Shown: in pieces, positions 28,912 to 38,000 of the stretch
Position numbering within the stretch: position 1 is the stretch's first letter
Layout: every line of letters starts with the position of its first letter
Assembly (NCBI GenBank): GCA_003576805.1
Contig: QEVM01000004.1
Coordinates: 1 to 61,635 of the forward strand
DNA: 61,635 bases
From: Pseudomonadota bacterium
Lineage (GTDB): Bacteria > Myxococcota_A > UBA9160 > PR03
Direction of reading: 5' to 3'
Program-made: the position numbers and the translations under genes
Notes under the pieces: model-generated
Databases searched by the model: none
Told to the model about the DNA's origin: nothing
Seen by the model: only the letters and a program-made list of their open reading frames with translations

Positions 28912-29149
28912 GGATGCGTCACTCGCGCGGAGTTTCGGCGAGTTGAGATAGCACGGCGCGCGCAAGCAATCGCACCCCCGATGGGCTATCCAGGCTGGCG
29001 CCACACTCTCTGGTCGATCTCGGCGACCGTCCCTGTCTTCCCCATCGAGCGTGCTCGCATTCCCGCGCGCCGGCGCTTCAGCGGCGCGCAAGCTCTGCCA
29101 TTGCTCACGGTGCGCGCGGCGCGCCCCGCCACGGCTTCCAGGAGATCCG

Positions 29150-29347
29150 ATGCTTCAGCAAAGACGCTGCCACAACGACAACCACGGACGCGCGATCATC
29201 AAAGTCCGGTTCTGCTCGACCTGCGGCGCGGTGCTGAACTCGAACGTGAAGCAGAGCCAGTGCCCGGACGAGCGGCACGCCAAGATGCGGCGCCTGCAGA
29301 GCACCTACTGCATGGACTGCGGCGAGCGGCTGGTCAGGGAGCGCTGA
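29150..29347 (+). CDS. small zinc-ribbon protein (two CxxC pairs)
   Basis: GGAG RBS before the ATG at 29150. 65 aa with FCSTCG and YCMDCG. GC3 is high despite locally lower overall GC, which supports real coding. Confidence 0.55.
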   Translation: MLQQRRCHNDNHGRAIIKVRFCSTCGAVLNSNVKQSQCPDERHAKMRRLQSTYCMDCGERLVRER

Positions 29348-29352
29348 GCGGC

Positions 29353-29541
29353 ATGGCGCGGCGCTGGATCGTCGACTCCGCGGCCGGCGAAGAGAGCATC
29401 GAAGCCGACGAGGTGGACATCACCGCTGCGGGCGTGCTCGTGTTCTATCGCGTCGCGACCCGCCGCGAGTCGGAGCGGACCCTGATCGCCAGCTTCGCGC
29501 CGGCGCACTGGCGGCGCTGCCGGCTCGCCTCGGAGAGCTGA
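29353..29541 (+). CDS. small hypothetical protein (62 aa)
   Basis: Its ATG lies 5 nt after the zinc-ribbon stop. It has a high-GC3 codon pattern. No family recognised. Confidence 0.4.
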   Translation: MARRWIVDSAAGEESIEADEVDITAAGVLVFYRVATRRESERTLIASFAPAHWRRCRLASES

Positions 29542-29547
29542 GCGCTC

Positions 29548-30798
29548 TCAGCCGATCACGCCCTCGGCGCGCAGCCGCGCCAGCTCGCCGTCGCCGAGCG
29601 CGAGCGTCTCGCGCAGCACGGCGTCGGTGTGCTCGCCGAGGCCCGGGAACGACCCGACGGGTCCTTCCGCCACGCGCGAGAGCTTCACGGGATTGCCGAC
29701 CACCAGCAGGTCGCGGCCGCCGTCCGGGCGCGGCACCTCGAGCAGCATGTCGCGCTCGCGCACGTGCGGGTCGTCCGCGAGGTCGGCGGCGGCGTTGCTC
29801 GGTCCCGCGACGACTCCGAGCGCGCACAGCTCGCGCGCCGCCTCGAGCTTGGTCTTGTCGCGCGCCCACGCCTCGAGCGCCGGCCGCACGACCGGCTCGG
29901 TGCTCGCCGCCCAGCCCTCGCGCGTCGCGAAGCGCGCGTCCTCGAGCCACTCGGGATGGCCGACCGCGCGCGCGAGCCGCTCGAGCTGGTGCTCGCGGAA
30001 GACGGCGACCACGAAGAAGCCGTCCGTGGCGCGGAACGCCGCGCAGATCCCGATCGAGCCGGCCGCGGCCCAGCGTTCGGGCGCGCCCATCGACCACAGG
30101 AACGGCGGCATGTCCGACACCGCGATCATCGCGTCGAGCATCGCGACGTCGACGAGCTGGCCGAGGCCCGTGCGCTCGCGGTGGCGCAGCGCCGCCTGCA
30201 CGCCGATCACGCCGAAGAGCGCCGTCGCGATGTCGCCGAGCGCGCCCGCGACCACGACCGGCGGCGGCGCGTCGCCCCGGCGGTTCGGCTCGTAGAGCCC
30301 GCCCATCGCCTCCGCGACGGGCGCGTAGGCGGGCCAGTCGCGGTAGGGGCTCTCGCCGCGCGCGCCGAAGCCCGAGATCGCGAGGTAGATGGCGCGCGGC
30401 GCGAGCTTCGCGACCGCGTCGGGGCCGAGTCCGAGCGCGTCCATCGCGCCCGGCCGCATGTTGTCGGCGACGACGTCGAAGTGCGGCACCAGGCGCTCGA
30501 AGAGCGCGCGGCCTTCGGCGCGCTTCATGTCGATCGCGATGCTGCGCTTGCCGAGGTTGTTGCGCAGGTAGGTCGCGCCGACGCGGCGCCCGTCGCGGTC
30601 GGTGAGCGCGGGCTGCGCGAGCCGGCCCGAGTCGCCGCGTCCCGGCGGCTCCACCTTCACGACGTCGGCGCCGAGGTGCGCGAGCAGCTGCGTCGCGTAC
30701 GGCAGCGCCTGCATCTGCTCGACCGCGAGCACGCGCACGCCGTCGAGCGGCTTGCCGGCGCCCGCGCGCTCGGGATGGCGGATCTCGTCGACGCGCAT
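29548..30798 (-). CDS. CaiB/BaiF family (class III) CoA-transferase
   Basis: PLDGVRVLAVEQMQALPYATQLLAHLGADVVKVEPPGRGD is the family N-terminal signature. Length is 416 aa. Confidence 0.9.
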   Translation of the reverse strand: MRVDEIRHPERAGAGKPLDGVRVLAVEQMQALPYATQLLAHLGADVVKVEPPGRGDSGRLAQPALTDRDGRRVGATYLRNNLGKRSIAIDMKRAEGRALFERLVPHFDVVADNMRPGAMDALGLGPDAVAKLAPRAIYLAISGFGARGESPYRDWPAYAPVAEAMGGLYEPNRRGDAPPPVVVAGALGDIATALFGVIGVQAALRHRERTGLGQLVDVAMLDAMIAVSDMPPFLWSMGAPERWAAAGSIGICAAFRATDGFFVVAVFREHQLERLARAVGHPEWLEDARFATREGWAASTEPVVRPALEAWARDKTKLEAARELCALGVVAGPSNAAADLADDPHVRERDMLLEVPRPDGGRDLLVVGNPVKLSRVAEGPVGSFPGLGEHTDAVLRETLALGDGELARLRAEGVIG

Positions 30799-30844
30799 GG
30801 CGCGCGATTCTCGCCGATCGGCCGCCGATCGTCCGCCCGCTGGC

Positions 30845-31852
30845 TCAGAGCTTCAGGAACAGCGCGCTGCCCCACGCGAGACCGCCGCCGAACGCCGACG
30901 CGAGGATGCGTTCGCCGCGGCAGAAGCGGTCGCCGGCGAGCTCCTCGGAGAGCACCGTCATCCAGCCCGCCGAGCTGGTGTTGCCGTAGCGATCGACGTT
31001 GTAGAGGTGCTTGTGCGCCGGCAGGCCGAGCTTCTGGCAGAGCGCCTCCAGCATCACGAGGTTCGCCTGGTGCCCGATGAACCAGTCGACGTCGCCGATC
31101 TGGTGGCCGGCGTCGGCGAGGAAGTCCTCGATCGCGACCGGCATCGCGGTGGTGACGAAGTCGAAGACCTCGCGGCCGGACTGATCGAAGCGGCCCCACG
31201 CGGCGTCGCGCGCGCCCGCGTCGCTCGCGACGAGCGCGTCGATGCTGCGCGCGGGCCGCGCGCCCGGCGCGGTCGAGTGGATCAGCCTCGAGCCCATCCC
31301 GCCGACGCCGACGTGCTCGACCGCGAAGAGGCCCGGCTCGCGCGACACCACGAAGGCGGCGCCGGCGTCGCCGAACAGCACGGCGGAGCGGCGGTCGTCG
31401 TAGTCGGCTTGCAGCGTGAAGGGCTCGCCGGTGACGACGAGGATGTCGCGGTACGCCGGCGTCTGGAGCAGTCCGCGGCAGACCTCGAGCGCGTACATCA
31501 GCGTCGAGCACGCGTTCTTCATCGAGAACGCCGGCACGCGCAGGCCGTAGTGCTCGGAGATCAGGTTGGCGGGCCCGGGATAGTGGAGGTCGTCGGTGCA
31601 GCTCGCGAACAGCACCAGGTCGGCCTGGTCGAGCGTGAAGGGCGTCGTCGCGAGCAGCCGGTCCAGCGCGCGGCGACCGAGCTCGAAGACGGGATGCGGG
31701 CCGCGGTAGTCGGCCATGTGACGCCGCTCGGCGATGCCGATCTTCGCGCGGATCCAGGCGTCGCTGGTGTCGAAGATCGATTCGAAGAACGCGTTGTCGA
31801 GCACGTGGTCCGGGTGATGGTGCGCGACGTGCTTCAGGAAGATCGGCTGCAT
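30845..31852 (-). CDS. 3-oxoacyl-ACP synthase III-like (KAS III / FabH-like) condensing enzyme
   Basis: A Cys-His-Asn triad can be read from NACSTLMYAL, IGHQAN and YGNTSSAG. Confidence 0.85.
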   Translation of the reverse strand: MQPIFLKHVAHHHPDHVLDNAFFESIFDTSDAWIRAKIGIAERRHMADYRGPHPVFELGRRALDRLLATTPFTLDQADLVLFASCTDDLHYPGPANLISEHYGLRVPAFSMKNACSTLMYALEVCRGLLQTPAYRDILVVTGEPFTLQADYDDRRSAVLFGDAGAAFVVSREPGLFAVEHVGVGGMGSRLIHSTAPGARPARSIDALVASDAGARDAAWGRFDQSGREVFDFVTTAMPVAIEDFLADAGHQIGDVDWFIGHQANLVMLEALCQKLGLPAHKHLYNVDRYGNTSSAGWMTVLSEELAGDRFCRGERILASAFGGGLAWGSALFLKL

Positions 31853-32035
31853 CGAGGTCTCCCGCCGGCGGCGGAGCCTCTCACGGTCCCAGGAAGGGAG
31901 TGGCCTGGGGGCCGGCGCAGGTTGCGGAAAATCTGCGCGGCCGGCGGGTCGCCGCGGGATTCGGAGCGGGCACGGAGTCGCCGCTGCGCACGACCTGCTG
32001 CTCGCTGCGCGCGCCGCTCCCGTCGCCGCGCCGGG

Positions 32036-32503
32036 TCAGCGCGGGATCTGGAGCGCGGTCGGCAGCGATCCCTGCATGAAGCCGGCTTCCTCGCTGCGCT
32101 TCGCGATGCGCCAGCCCTCGTCGGTCCACACCAGCTCGTCGACGTAGGTGGCGCCGACGGTGAAGTCGTGGAGCGAGCCGTCCGGGTTGGCGAAGAACAT
32201 CGGGTTGAAGACGAGCGTGCGGGCGCGGGCGCGGTCGCCGTCGAGCTCGACGATCGAGTTGGTGACGTAGTGCACCGTGATCGGGAAGGGCGCGAGCGCC
32301 TTCGCCAGCCAGCCGCGCACCTCGGGATACTTGCCCGCGATGCCGCCCGTCGCGGTGTAGTCGACGTCGGCGTCGGGCAGAAAGCAGCTGTCGAGCAGCT
32401 TCCAGTCCTTGGTGTCGATCGCGCGCGTGTAGCGGATCAAGAGGTCGTTGATCTGCAGGCGATCGGAGAGCTCGCGGTGGGAGAGCTCGCGGGGGGTGGG
32501 CAT
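32036..32503 (-). CDS. SnoaL-like / NTF2-fold protein
   Basis: INDLLIRYTRAIDTKDW..L..CF..DA..DY is typical of SnoaL_4/NTF2-like proteins. Confidence 0.8.
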   Translation of the reverse strand: MPTPRELSHRELSDRLQINDLLIRYTRAIDTKDWKLLDSCFLPDADVDYTATGGIAGKYPEVRGWLAKALAPFPITVHYVTNSIVELDGDRARARTLVFNPMFFANPDGSLHDFTVGATYVDELVWTDEGWRIAKRSEEAGFMQGSLPTALQIPR

Positions 32504-32533
32504 CGTTGCTCCTTGATTCGCGTTTCCGGCCTT

Positions 32534-32663
32534 ATGGGGCCTGCCCGCTCGCCTGCGGCTCGCTACGGCGGACCTGATGGGCCTGCCCGCTCGCCTGCGG
32601 CTCGCTACGGCGGACCTGATGGGGTCTGCCCGCTCGCCTGCGGCTCGCTACGGCGGAAACGGG
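32534..32663. repeat. three tandem copies (about 43 bp) of the REP-like repeat
   Basis: The unit ATGGGGCCTGCCCGCTCGCCTGCGGCTCGCTACGGCGGACCTG occurs three times head to tail. The last copy ends ...GGAAACGGGG, as at the other loci. It lies inside a minus-strand operon, between the thiolase and SnoaL genes. Confidence 0.85.
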
Positions 32664-32701
32664 GCTGCGTTCTTCGTTCGTTGCTCGGCGCTTCGTGCGC
32701 G

Positions 32702-33901
32702 TCAGATGGTTGCCAGGATGGCGGAGCCGTGGCCGAAGAGGCCCTGGTTCACGGCGACGCCGACCTTCGCGCCGGCGATTTGGCGCGCGCCGGCCTGGCC
32801 GCGGAGCTGCCAGGTGAGCTCGCAGAGCTGCGAGATCGCCTGCGCCGGGATGGCCTCGCCGAAGCAGCCGAGGCCGCCGCTCGGGTTCACCGGCTGCTTG
32901 CCGCCCAGCGCCGTCGTGCCGTCGCGCAGGATCTTCTCGGCGTCGCCCGGCTTCGCGAAGCCGATGTTCTCGTACCAGTCGAGCTCGAGCGCCGTCGAGA
33001 GGTCGTACACCTCGGCGAACGAGACGTCCTCGGGCCCGATCCCGGCCTGCTCGTAGGCGCGCCGCGCGATCGAGTCGCGGAACGGCACGTCGGGCACGGC
33101 GACGCCGACGGCGGAGTCGGTCGCGAAGTTCGGCATCTCGATCACCGTGTTCGGGTAGACGGGCGTCACCGTCGACACCGCGGCGACGCGCACCGGCTGC
33201 GCCGCGCGCTTGCGCGCGAACTCCATGCTCGTCAGCACGACGGCGGCGCCGCCGTCGCTGGTCGCGCAGATGTCGAGCAGGCGCAGCGGATCGGACACGA
33301 CCTGCGAGGCCATCACCTCTTCGAGCGTGTAGAGCTTGCGGTAGCGCGCGTTCGGGTTGGCGAGCCCGTGCCGGCTGTTCTTGACCTTGACGCGGGCGAA
33401 GTCCTCGAGCGTCGCGCCGAACATCTCCATGCGGCGGCGCGCATAGAGGCCGAAGTAGATCGGGTTGGTGGCGCCGAGCAGGTGGAAGCGCAGCCAGTCG
33501 GGATCGGTCTTGCGCTCGCCGCCGGCGGGCGCGAAGAAGCCCTTCGGCGTGGTGTCGGCGCCGACCACGAGCGCGACGTCGCACAGGCCGGCGAGGATGC
33601 GCGCGCGCGCGACGTCGATCGCCTGCGCGCCGGTGGCGCAGGCGCCGTAGGTGCTCGCGACCTGCGCGCCGTTCCAGCCGAGCGCCTGCGCGATGCTCGC
33701 TCCCGCGACGTAGCCGGGATAGCCGTTGCGCATGGTGTCGCCGCCGGCGACGAACTGGACGTCGGTCCACGCGAGGCCCGCGTCGGCGAGCGCCGCGCGC
33801 GCGGCGTGCACGCCGTACTCGACGAAGTTGCGGCCCCACTTGCCCCACGGATGCATGCCGACGCCGAGGACGGCGATCTCCTGGTCAGACCCGTGCCTCA
33901 T
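32702..33901 (-). CDS. SCP-x-type thiolase / lipid-transfer protein
   Basis: IAVLGVGMHPWGK..., active-site region GACATGAQAI, and a C-terminal NPSGGL...G...G typical of non-specific lipid-transfer thiolases. Confidence 0.9.
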   Translation of the reverse strand: MRHGSDQEIAVLGVGMHPWGKWGRNFVEYGVHAARAALADAGLAWTDVQFVAGGDTMRNGYPGYVAGASIAQALGWNGAQVASTYGACATGAQAIDVARARILAGLCDVALVVGADTTPKGFFAPAGGERKTDPDWLRFHLLGATNPIYFGLYARRRMEMFGATLEDFARVKVKNSRHGLANPNARYRKLYTLEEVMASQVVSDPLRLLDICATSDGGAAVVLTSMEFARKRAAQPVRVAAVSTVTPVYPNTVIEMPNFATDSAVGVAVPDVPFRDSIARRAYEQAGIGPEDVSFAEVYDLSTALELDWYENIGFAKPGDAEKILRDGTTALGGKQPVNPSGGLGCFGEAIPAQAISQLCELTWQLRGQAGARQIAGAKVGVAVNQGLFGHGSAILATI

Positions 33902-33920
33902 GACTTCGTTCGCCTCCGGC

Positions 33921-34370
33921 TCACTGCGCGCGGCCTTCGGCCGCTTGCGCAGGCCTCCACTTCCAGGTGACGACGTCGTTCTCGCCGTCCCGGTAGAGCG
34001 TGTCGAGCACGAGCTCCATCTCCATGCCCGCGTGGAGGTCGGCGCAGCCCACGCCCCTCACCACCTGCCCGAGCACGACCATCTTCTCGCGCTCGAGCTC
34101 CACCGCGGCGACGGCGTAGGGCTCGAAGGGATCGGGCGCGACGTACGGCTTCGGCGGCGGATAGCGGTTGTCGGTGAACGACCAGAGCTTCCCGCGGCGC
34201 GAGAGCGGCGTCTCTTCGAGCTCGCTCGCGCCGCAGCGCGGGTTGCGGCAGGCGAAGGTCTCTTTCGGAAAGAAGTACGCGCCGCAGGACTTGCAGCGCG
34301 TGCCGAGCAGCGACGGCGCGTCGTCGAGGGTGAACCAGCCCTCGACGGCGGGAATCCGGGTCGTGGCCAC
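33921..34370 (-). CDS. Zn-ribbon/OB-fold DUF35 protein (thiolase partner)
   Basis: LLGTRCKSCGAYFFP...CRNPRCG rubredoxin-like knuckle followed by an OB-fold segment. It sits immediately upstream of the thiolase, as in known DUF35-thiolase pairs. Confidence 0.85.
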   Translation of the reverse strand: MATTRIPAVEGWFTLDDAPSLLGTRCKSCGAYFFPKETFACRNPRCGASELEETPLSRRGKLWSFTDNRYPPPKPYVAPDPFEPYAVAAVELEREKMVVLGQVVRGVGCADLHAGMEMELVLDTLYRDGENDVVTWKWRPAQAAEGRAQ

Positions 34371-34554
34371 GCGGGTTCTCCTTGCGCGCGGCGCAGCGCG
34401 CAGATTTCGAGACGCATCGTATCTTTATCGCCCCGGACCCGCCATCGCGCGGACGCCGCGACGCGTCCAAACCTACAAAGCGCGCCGCGCCGAGCGCCGG
34501 GCGCGACGCGACGTCGCGCGACGCGCGGAACGGCGCTTGCTTCTCGTCGGACCG

Positions 34555-36399
34555 ATGCGACGCAGCCGCTACCCGCCGATCGAGAGCCACGGCGTGGTCG
34601 GGAACCTCCGCACCGCCGCGCTCGTCACGCTCGACGGCGACGTCGACTGGCTGTGCCTGCCGCGCTTCGACTCGCCGAGCGTGTTCGGCTCGATCCTCGA
34701 CGCCGACCGCGGCGGCCACTTCCGGATCGCGCCCGCCACCGACGAGATCCGCCACGAGCAGCGCTACTGGCCCGACACGAACGTCCTCGTGACGCGCTTC
34801 CTGCATCCGGAAGGGATCGGCGAGCTCGAGGACTCGATGCCGGTCGGAGCGGAGGCGTCGCGCGACGACCACCTGGTGCGCCGCGTGCGGGTGGTGCGCG
34901 GCCGGCTGCCGTTCCGGCTCGAGTGTCGGCCCGCGTTCGACTACGCGCGCGCGCCGCACGCCGTGCACGTCGGCGCGCGCGGCGCGCGCTTCCACTCGCG
35001 CCAGCTCTCGCTCGGGCTCGCCGCCTCGATCCCGCTCGCGCGCGACGGCGACGCGGCCGTCGCGGACTTCGCGCTCGGCCAGGGCGAGAGCGCGGTGTTC
35101 GTGCTGCGCACGCTGCACGGCGACGGCGAGGACCCGCCGTGCCTCGGCGTCGGCGAAGCCGAGGCGCACTTCCGCGCGACCGTGGACTACTGGCAGCGCT
35201 GGATCGCGCGCTGCACGTATCGCGGCCGCTGGCGCGAGACGGTGCGGCGCTCCGCGCTGCTGCTGAAGCTGCTCACCTACGAGCCGACGGGCGCGATCAT
35301 CGCCGCGCCCACGACGAGCCTGCCCGAAGGCATCGGCGGCGTGCGCAACTGGGACTACCGCTTCACCTGGATCCGCGACGCCTCGTTCACCGTGTACGCA
35401 CTGCTCCGCGTCGGCTTCACCGACGAGGCGATCCACTTCATGGAGTTCCTCCAGGACCGTTGGCGCCGGCGCGACGCCGCGTGCGCGGGCCCGCTGCACG
35501 TGATGTACGGCGTGGACGGCCGCACCGATCTCGAGGAGGAGGAGCTCTCGCACCTCGAGGGCTACTGCGCTTCGCGGCCGGTGCGGATCGGCAACGCCGC
35601 GCACGACCAGCTCCAGATCGACATCTACGGCGAGCTGATGGACGCGGTGTACCTGCACAACAAGCACGCCGCGCCGATCGGCTACGACGCGTGGACGCAC
35701 CTGCGCGGTCTCGTGGACTGGGTCGCCGAGAACTGGGAGCGGTCCGATCAAGGCGTGTGGGAGGCGCGCAGCGAGCCGCGCGACTACGTGTACTCGAAGT
35801 TCATGAGCTGGGTCGCGCTCGACCGCGGCCTGCGGCTGGCGGCCAAGCGCGCGCTTCCCGCCGACCACGCGCGCTGGCTCGCGACGCGCGACGCGATCTA
35901 CGAGCAGGTGATGCGCTGCGGCTGGAACGCGGAGCGCAACTCGTTCGTGCAGAGCTACGGCGAGACCGCGCTCGACGCGTCCGCGCTGCTGATGCCGCTC
36001 ACCTTCTTCATGGCGCCCAACGATCCGCGCATGCTCGCCACGATCGACGCGATCCGGGCTCCGTTGCACCGCGGCGGGCTCGCCGCCGACGGGCTCGTCT
36101 ACCGCTACGACCCCGCGCACGCGCCCGACGGCCTGCCCGGCACGGAGGGCACCTTCAACATGTGCAGCTTCTGGCTGGTGGAGGCGCTGACGCGCGCCGG
36201 CCGCACCGATCCCGCGCGGCTCGTGGAGGCGCGCCTCCTGTTCGAGCAGATGCTCGGCTATGGCAATCACCTGGGCCTGTACGCCGAGCAGACGGGCACG
36301 ACCGGCGAAGCGCTCGGCAACTTCCCGCAGGCCTTCACGCACCTCTCGCTGATCTCGGCGGCGTTCAACCTCGACCGCGAGCTCGACCGCGGGCGTTAG
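34555..36399 (+). CDS. glycoside hydrolase family 15 (glucoamylase/trehalase-like)
   Basis: YPPIESHGVVGNLRTAALV..DGDVDWLCLPRFDSPSVF and NWDYRFTWIRDASFT are GH15 hallmarks. Confidence 0.9.
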   Translation: MRRSRYPPIESHGVVGNLRTAALVTLDGDVDWLCLPRFDSPSVFGSILDADRGGHFRIAPATDEIRHEQRYWPDTNVLVTRFLHPEGIGELEDSMPVGAEASRDDHLVRRVRVVRGRLPFRLECRPAFDYARAPHAVHVGARGARFHSRQLSLGLAASIPLARDGDAAVADFALGQGESAVFVLRTLHGDGEDPPCLGVGEAEAHFRATVDYWQRWIARCTYRGRWRETVRRSALLLKLLTYEPTGAIIAAPTTSLPEGIGGVRNWDYRFTWIRDASFTVYALLRVGFTDEAIHFMEFLQDRWRRRDAACAGPLHVMYGVDGRTDLEEEELSHLEGYCASRPVRIGNAAHDQLQIDIYGELMDAVYLHNKHAAPIGYDAWTHLRGLVDWVAENWERSDQGVWEARSEPRDYVYSKFMSWVALDRGLRLAAKRALPADHARWLATRDAIYEQVMRCGWNAERNSFVQSYGETALDASALLMPLTFFMAPNDPRMLATIDAIRAPLHRGGLAADGLVYRYDPAHAPDGLPGTEGTFNMCSFWLVEALTRAGRTDPARLVEARLLFEQMLGYGNHLGLYAEQTGTTGEALGNFPQAFTHLSLISAAFNLDRELDRGR

Positions 36400-37904
36400 A
36401 TGCGGCGCTCGCGGCCCTGCCAGTAGCGTTCGCGCAGCTGGCGCACGAGCAGCTTGCCGGTCGGATGGCGCGGCAGCTCGCGCTCCCAGTCGATGCTGCG
36501 CGGGACCTTGTAGCCGGCGAGGTGCGCGCGCGCGAAGTCGAGGATCGCGGCCTCGAGCGCGGCCGACGGCTCGTAGCCCGCCGCGAGCTGCACGGCGGCC
36601 TTCACCGTCTCGCCCCACTCGTCGTCGGGGATGCCGAAGACGCCGACGTCGGCGACGGCGGGGTGCGCGATCAGCGCCTGCTCGACTTCGGCCGGATACA
36701 CGTTGACGCCGCCCGAGATGATCACGTTGCTCTTGCGGTCGCACAGGTAGACGCAGCCGTCCGCGTCCACCCAGCCGACGTCGCCGAGCGTCAGCACGCC
36801 CGGCTCGAGGTAGGCGCGCGCGGTCTTCTCCGCGTCGGCGTGGTAGACGAAGGGCTCCGCGAGATCGCGATGGCGCGAGTAGAGCGCGCCGGTCTCGCCG
36901 GTCGGCAGCCGCCGGCCCGCCTCGTCGACCGCGAACACCTCCCAGTGCGGCAGCGCGCGTCCCACCGTCCCCGGGTGCGCGAGCCAGTCCTTCGAGTCGA
37001 CCAGCGTGACGACGCCGCTCTCGGTGCCGCCCCAGTACTCGACGAGCGCCGGGCCCCACCACGCGATCATGCGCTGCTTCACGCTCGGCGCGATCGGCGC
37101 CGCGCCGTGCAGCACGAGGTGCAGCTCGGGCGCCGCGAACGCCGCGCGCTCGTCGTCGGGCAGGCGCAGCAGGCGCACGAACATGGTCGGGACGAGGTGC
37201 GTGTGGTGCACGCCGCGCTCGCGCAAGAGCGCCAGCGCGCGGCGCTCGTCCCAGCGCGGCATCACGATCATGGGCGCGCCGTTGAGGAGGTCGTACACCG
37301 CGAAGAGCAGCGGCGCAGCGTGGTAGATCGGGCCGGTGACGAGATGCGGCCCGGAGCCGTCGAGGCCGATCGCGCTGCCGGCGCGCCGCCACGCGACGAG
37401 TCCGTCGGCGAGCGTCGCGGGCTTGGCGCGCCGCACGCCCTTCGGCTTTCCCGTGGTGCCGCTCGTGTAGATCATCGTGCCGCCCGCGGGTCCCGCCGGA
37501 TCGAGCGGCGCGTCGGACGCCGCCGAGATCGCGCGCTCGAGCTCGTCGCCGGCGCGCACGATCTCGCTCGCGCCCGCTGCGCGCGCGGCGTCCACGTGCG
37601 CTTCGTCGGCGATCACCACGCGTGCGCCGGAGTCGGCGAGCACGTGCGCGATCTCCTCCGGCCGCAGGTGGCGGTTCACCGGCGAGATCCACAGCCCGGC
37701 GCAGAGCGCCGCGAGCACGCACTCGACACCCTCGGCGCGATTGCCGATCAGCGTCGCGACGTGGCTGCCGGGCGCGAGGCGCAGGTCGTCGCGCAGCCAG
37801 TGCGCAAGTCGGCGCACGCGTTCGTCGAGCTCACGCCAGCTTCGGCGTCGCTCGCCGTCGTCGAGCGCGCTCGCGTCGGGATGCGCGGGAGTCGGGAAGA
37901 GCAT
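36396..37904 (-). CDS. AMP-dependent acyl-CoA synthetase/ligase
   Basis: MIYTSGTTGKPKGV (A3), YWGGTE (A5), GDVGWVDADGCVYLCDRKSNVIISGGVNVYP (A8) and PRHPTGKL (A10). The ATG is at 37904. Confidence 0.9.
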   Translation of the reverse strand: MLFPTPAHPDASALDDGERRRSWRELDERVRRLAHWLRDDLRLAPGSHVATLIGNRAEGVECVLAALCAGLWISPVNRHLRPEEIAHVLADSGARVVIADEAHVDAARAAGASEIVRAGDELERAISAASDAPLDPAGPAGGTMIYTSGTTGKPKGVRRAKPATLADGLVAWRRAGSAIGLDGSGPHLVTGPIYHAAPLLFAVYDLLNGAPMIVMPRWDERRALALLRERGVHHTHLVPTMFVRLLRLPDDERAAFAAPELHLVLHGAAPIAPSVKQRMIAWWGPALVEYWGGTESGVVTLVDSKDWLAHPGTVGRALPHWEVFAVDEAGRRLPTGETGALYSRHRDLAEPFVYHADAEKTARAYLEPGVLTLGDVGWVDADGCVYLCDRKSNVIISGGVNVYPAEVEQALIAHPAVADVGVFGIPDDEWGETVKAAVQLAAGYEPSAALEAAILDFARAHLAGYKVPRSIDWERELPRHPTGKLLVRQLRERYWQGRERRI

Positions 37905-38000
37905 CGTCGCTCCGTGTTGCGAGGGACGGAACGAGTAGGGCAGCTCGCGGCGCCGAGCGACACGACTTGCCGCGGCGCCCGGTTCGCGCAGAATGGCGCC

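Noticed and set aside
32577-33056. ORFs reading through the REP-like repeats (for example 32577..33056(+), 55901..56383(-), 55906..56430(-)) that give repeated LATRETG / LRGKRG peptides.
   Set aside because: The peptide periodicity merely mirrors the DNA repeat. They have no start context and overlap real genes or intergenic arrays.
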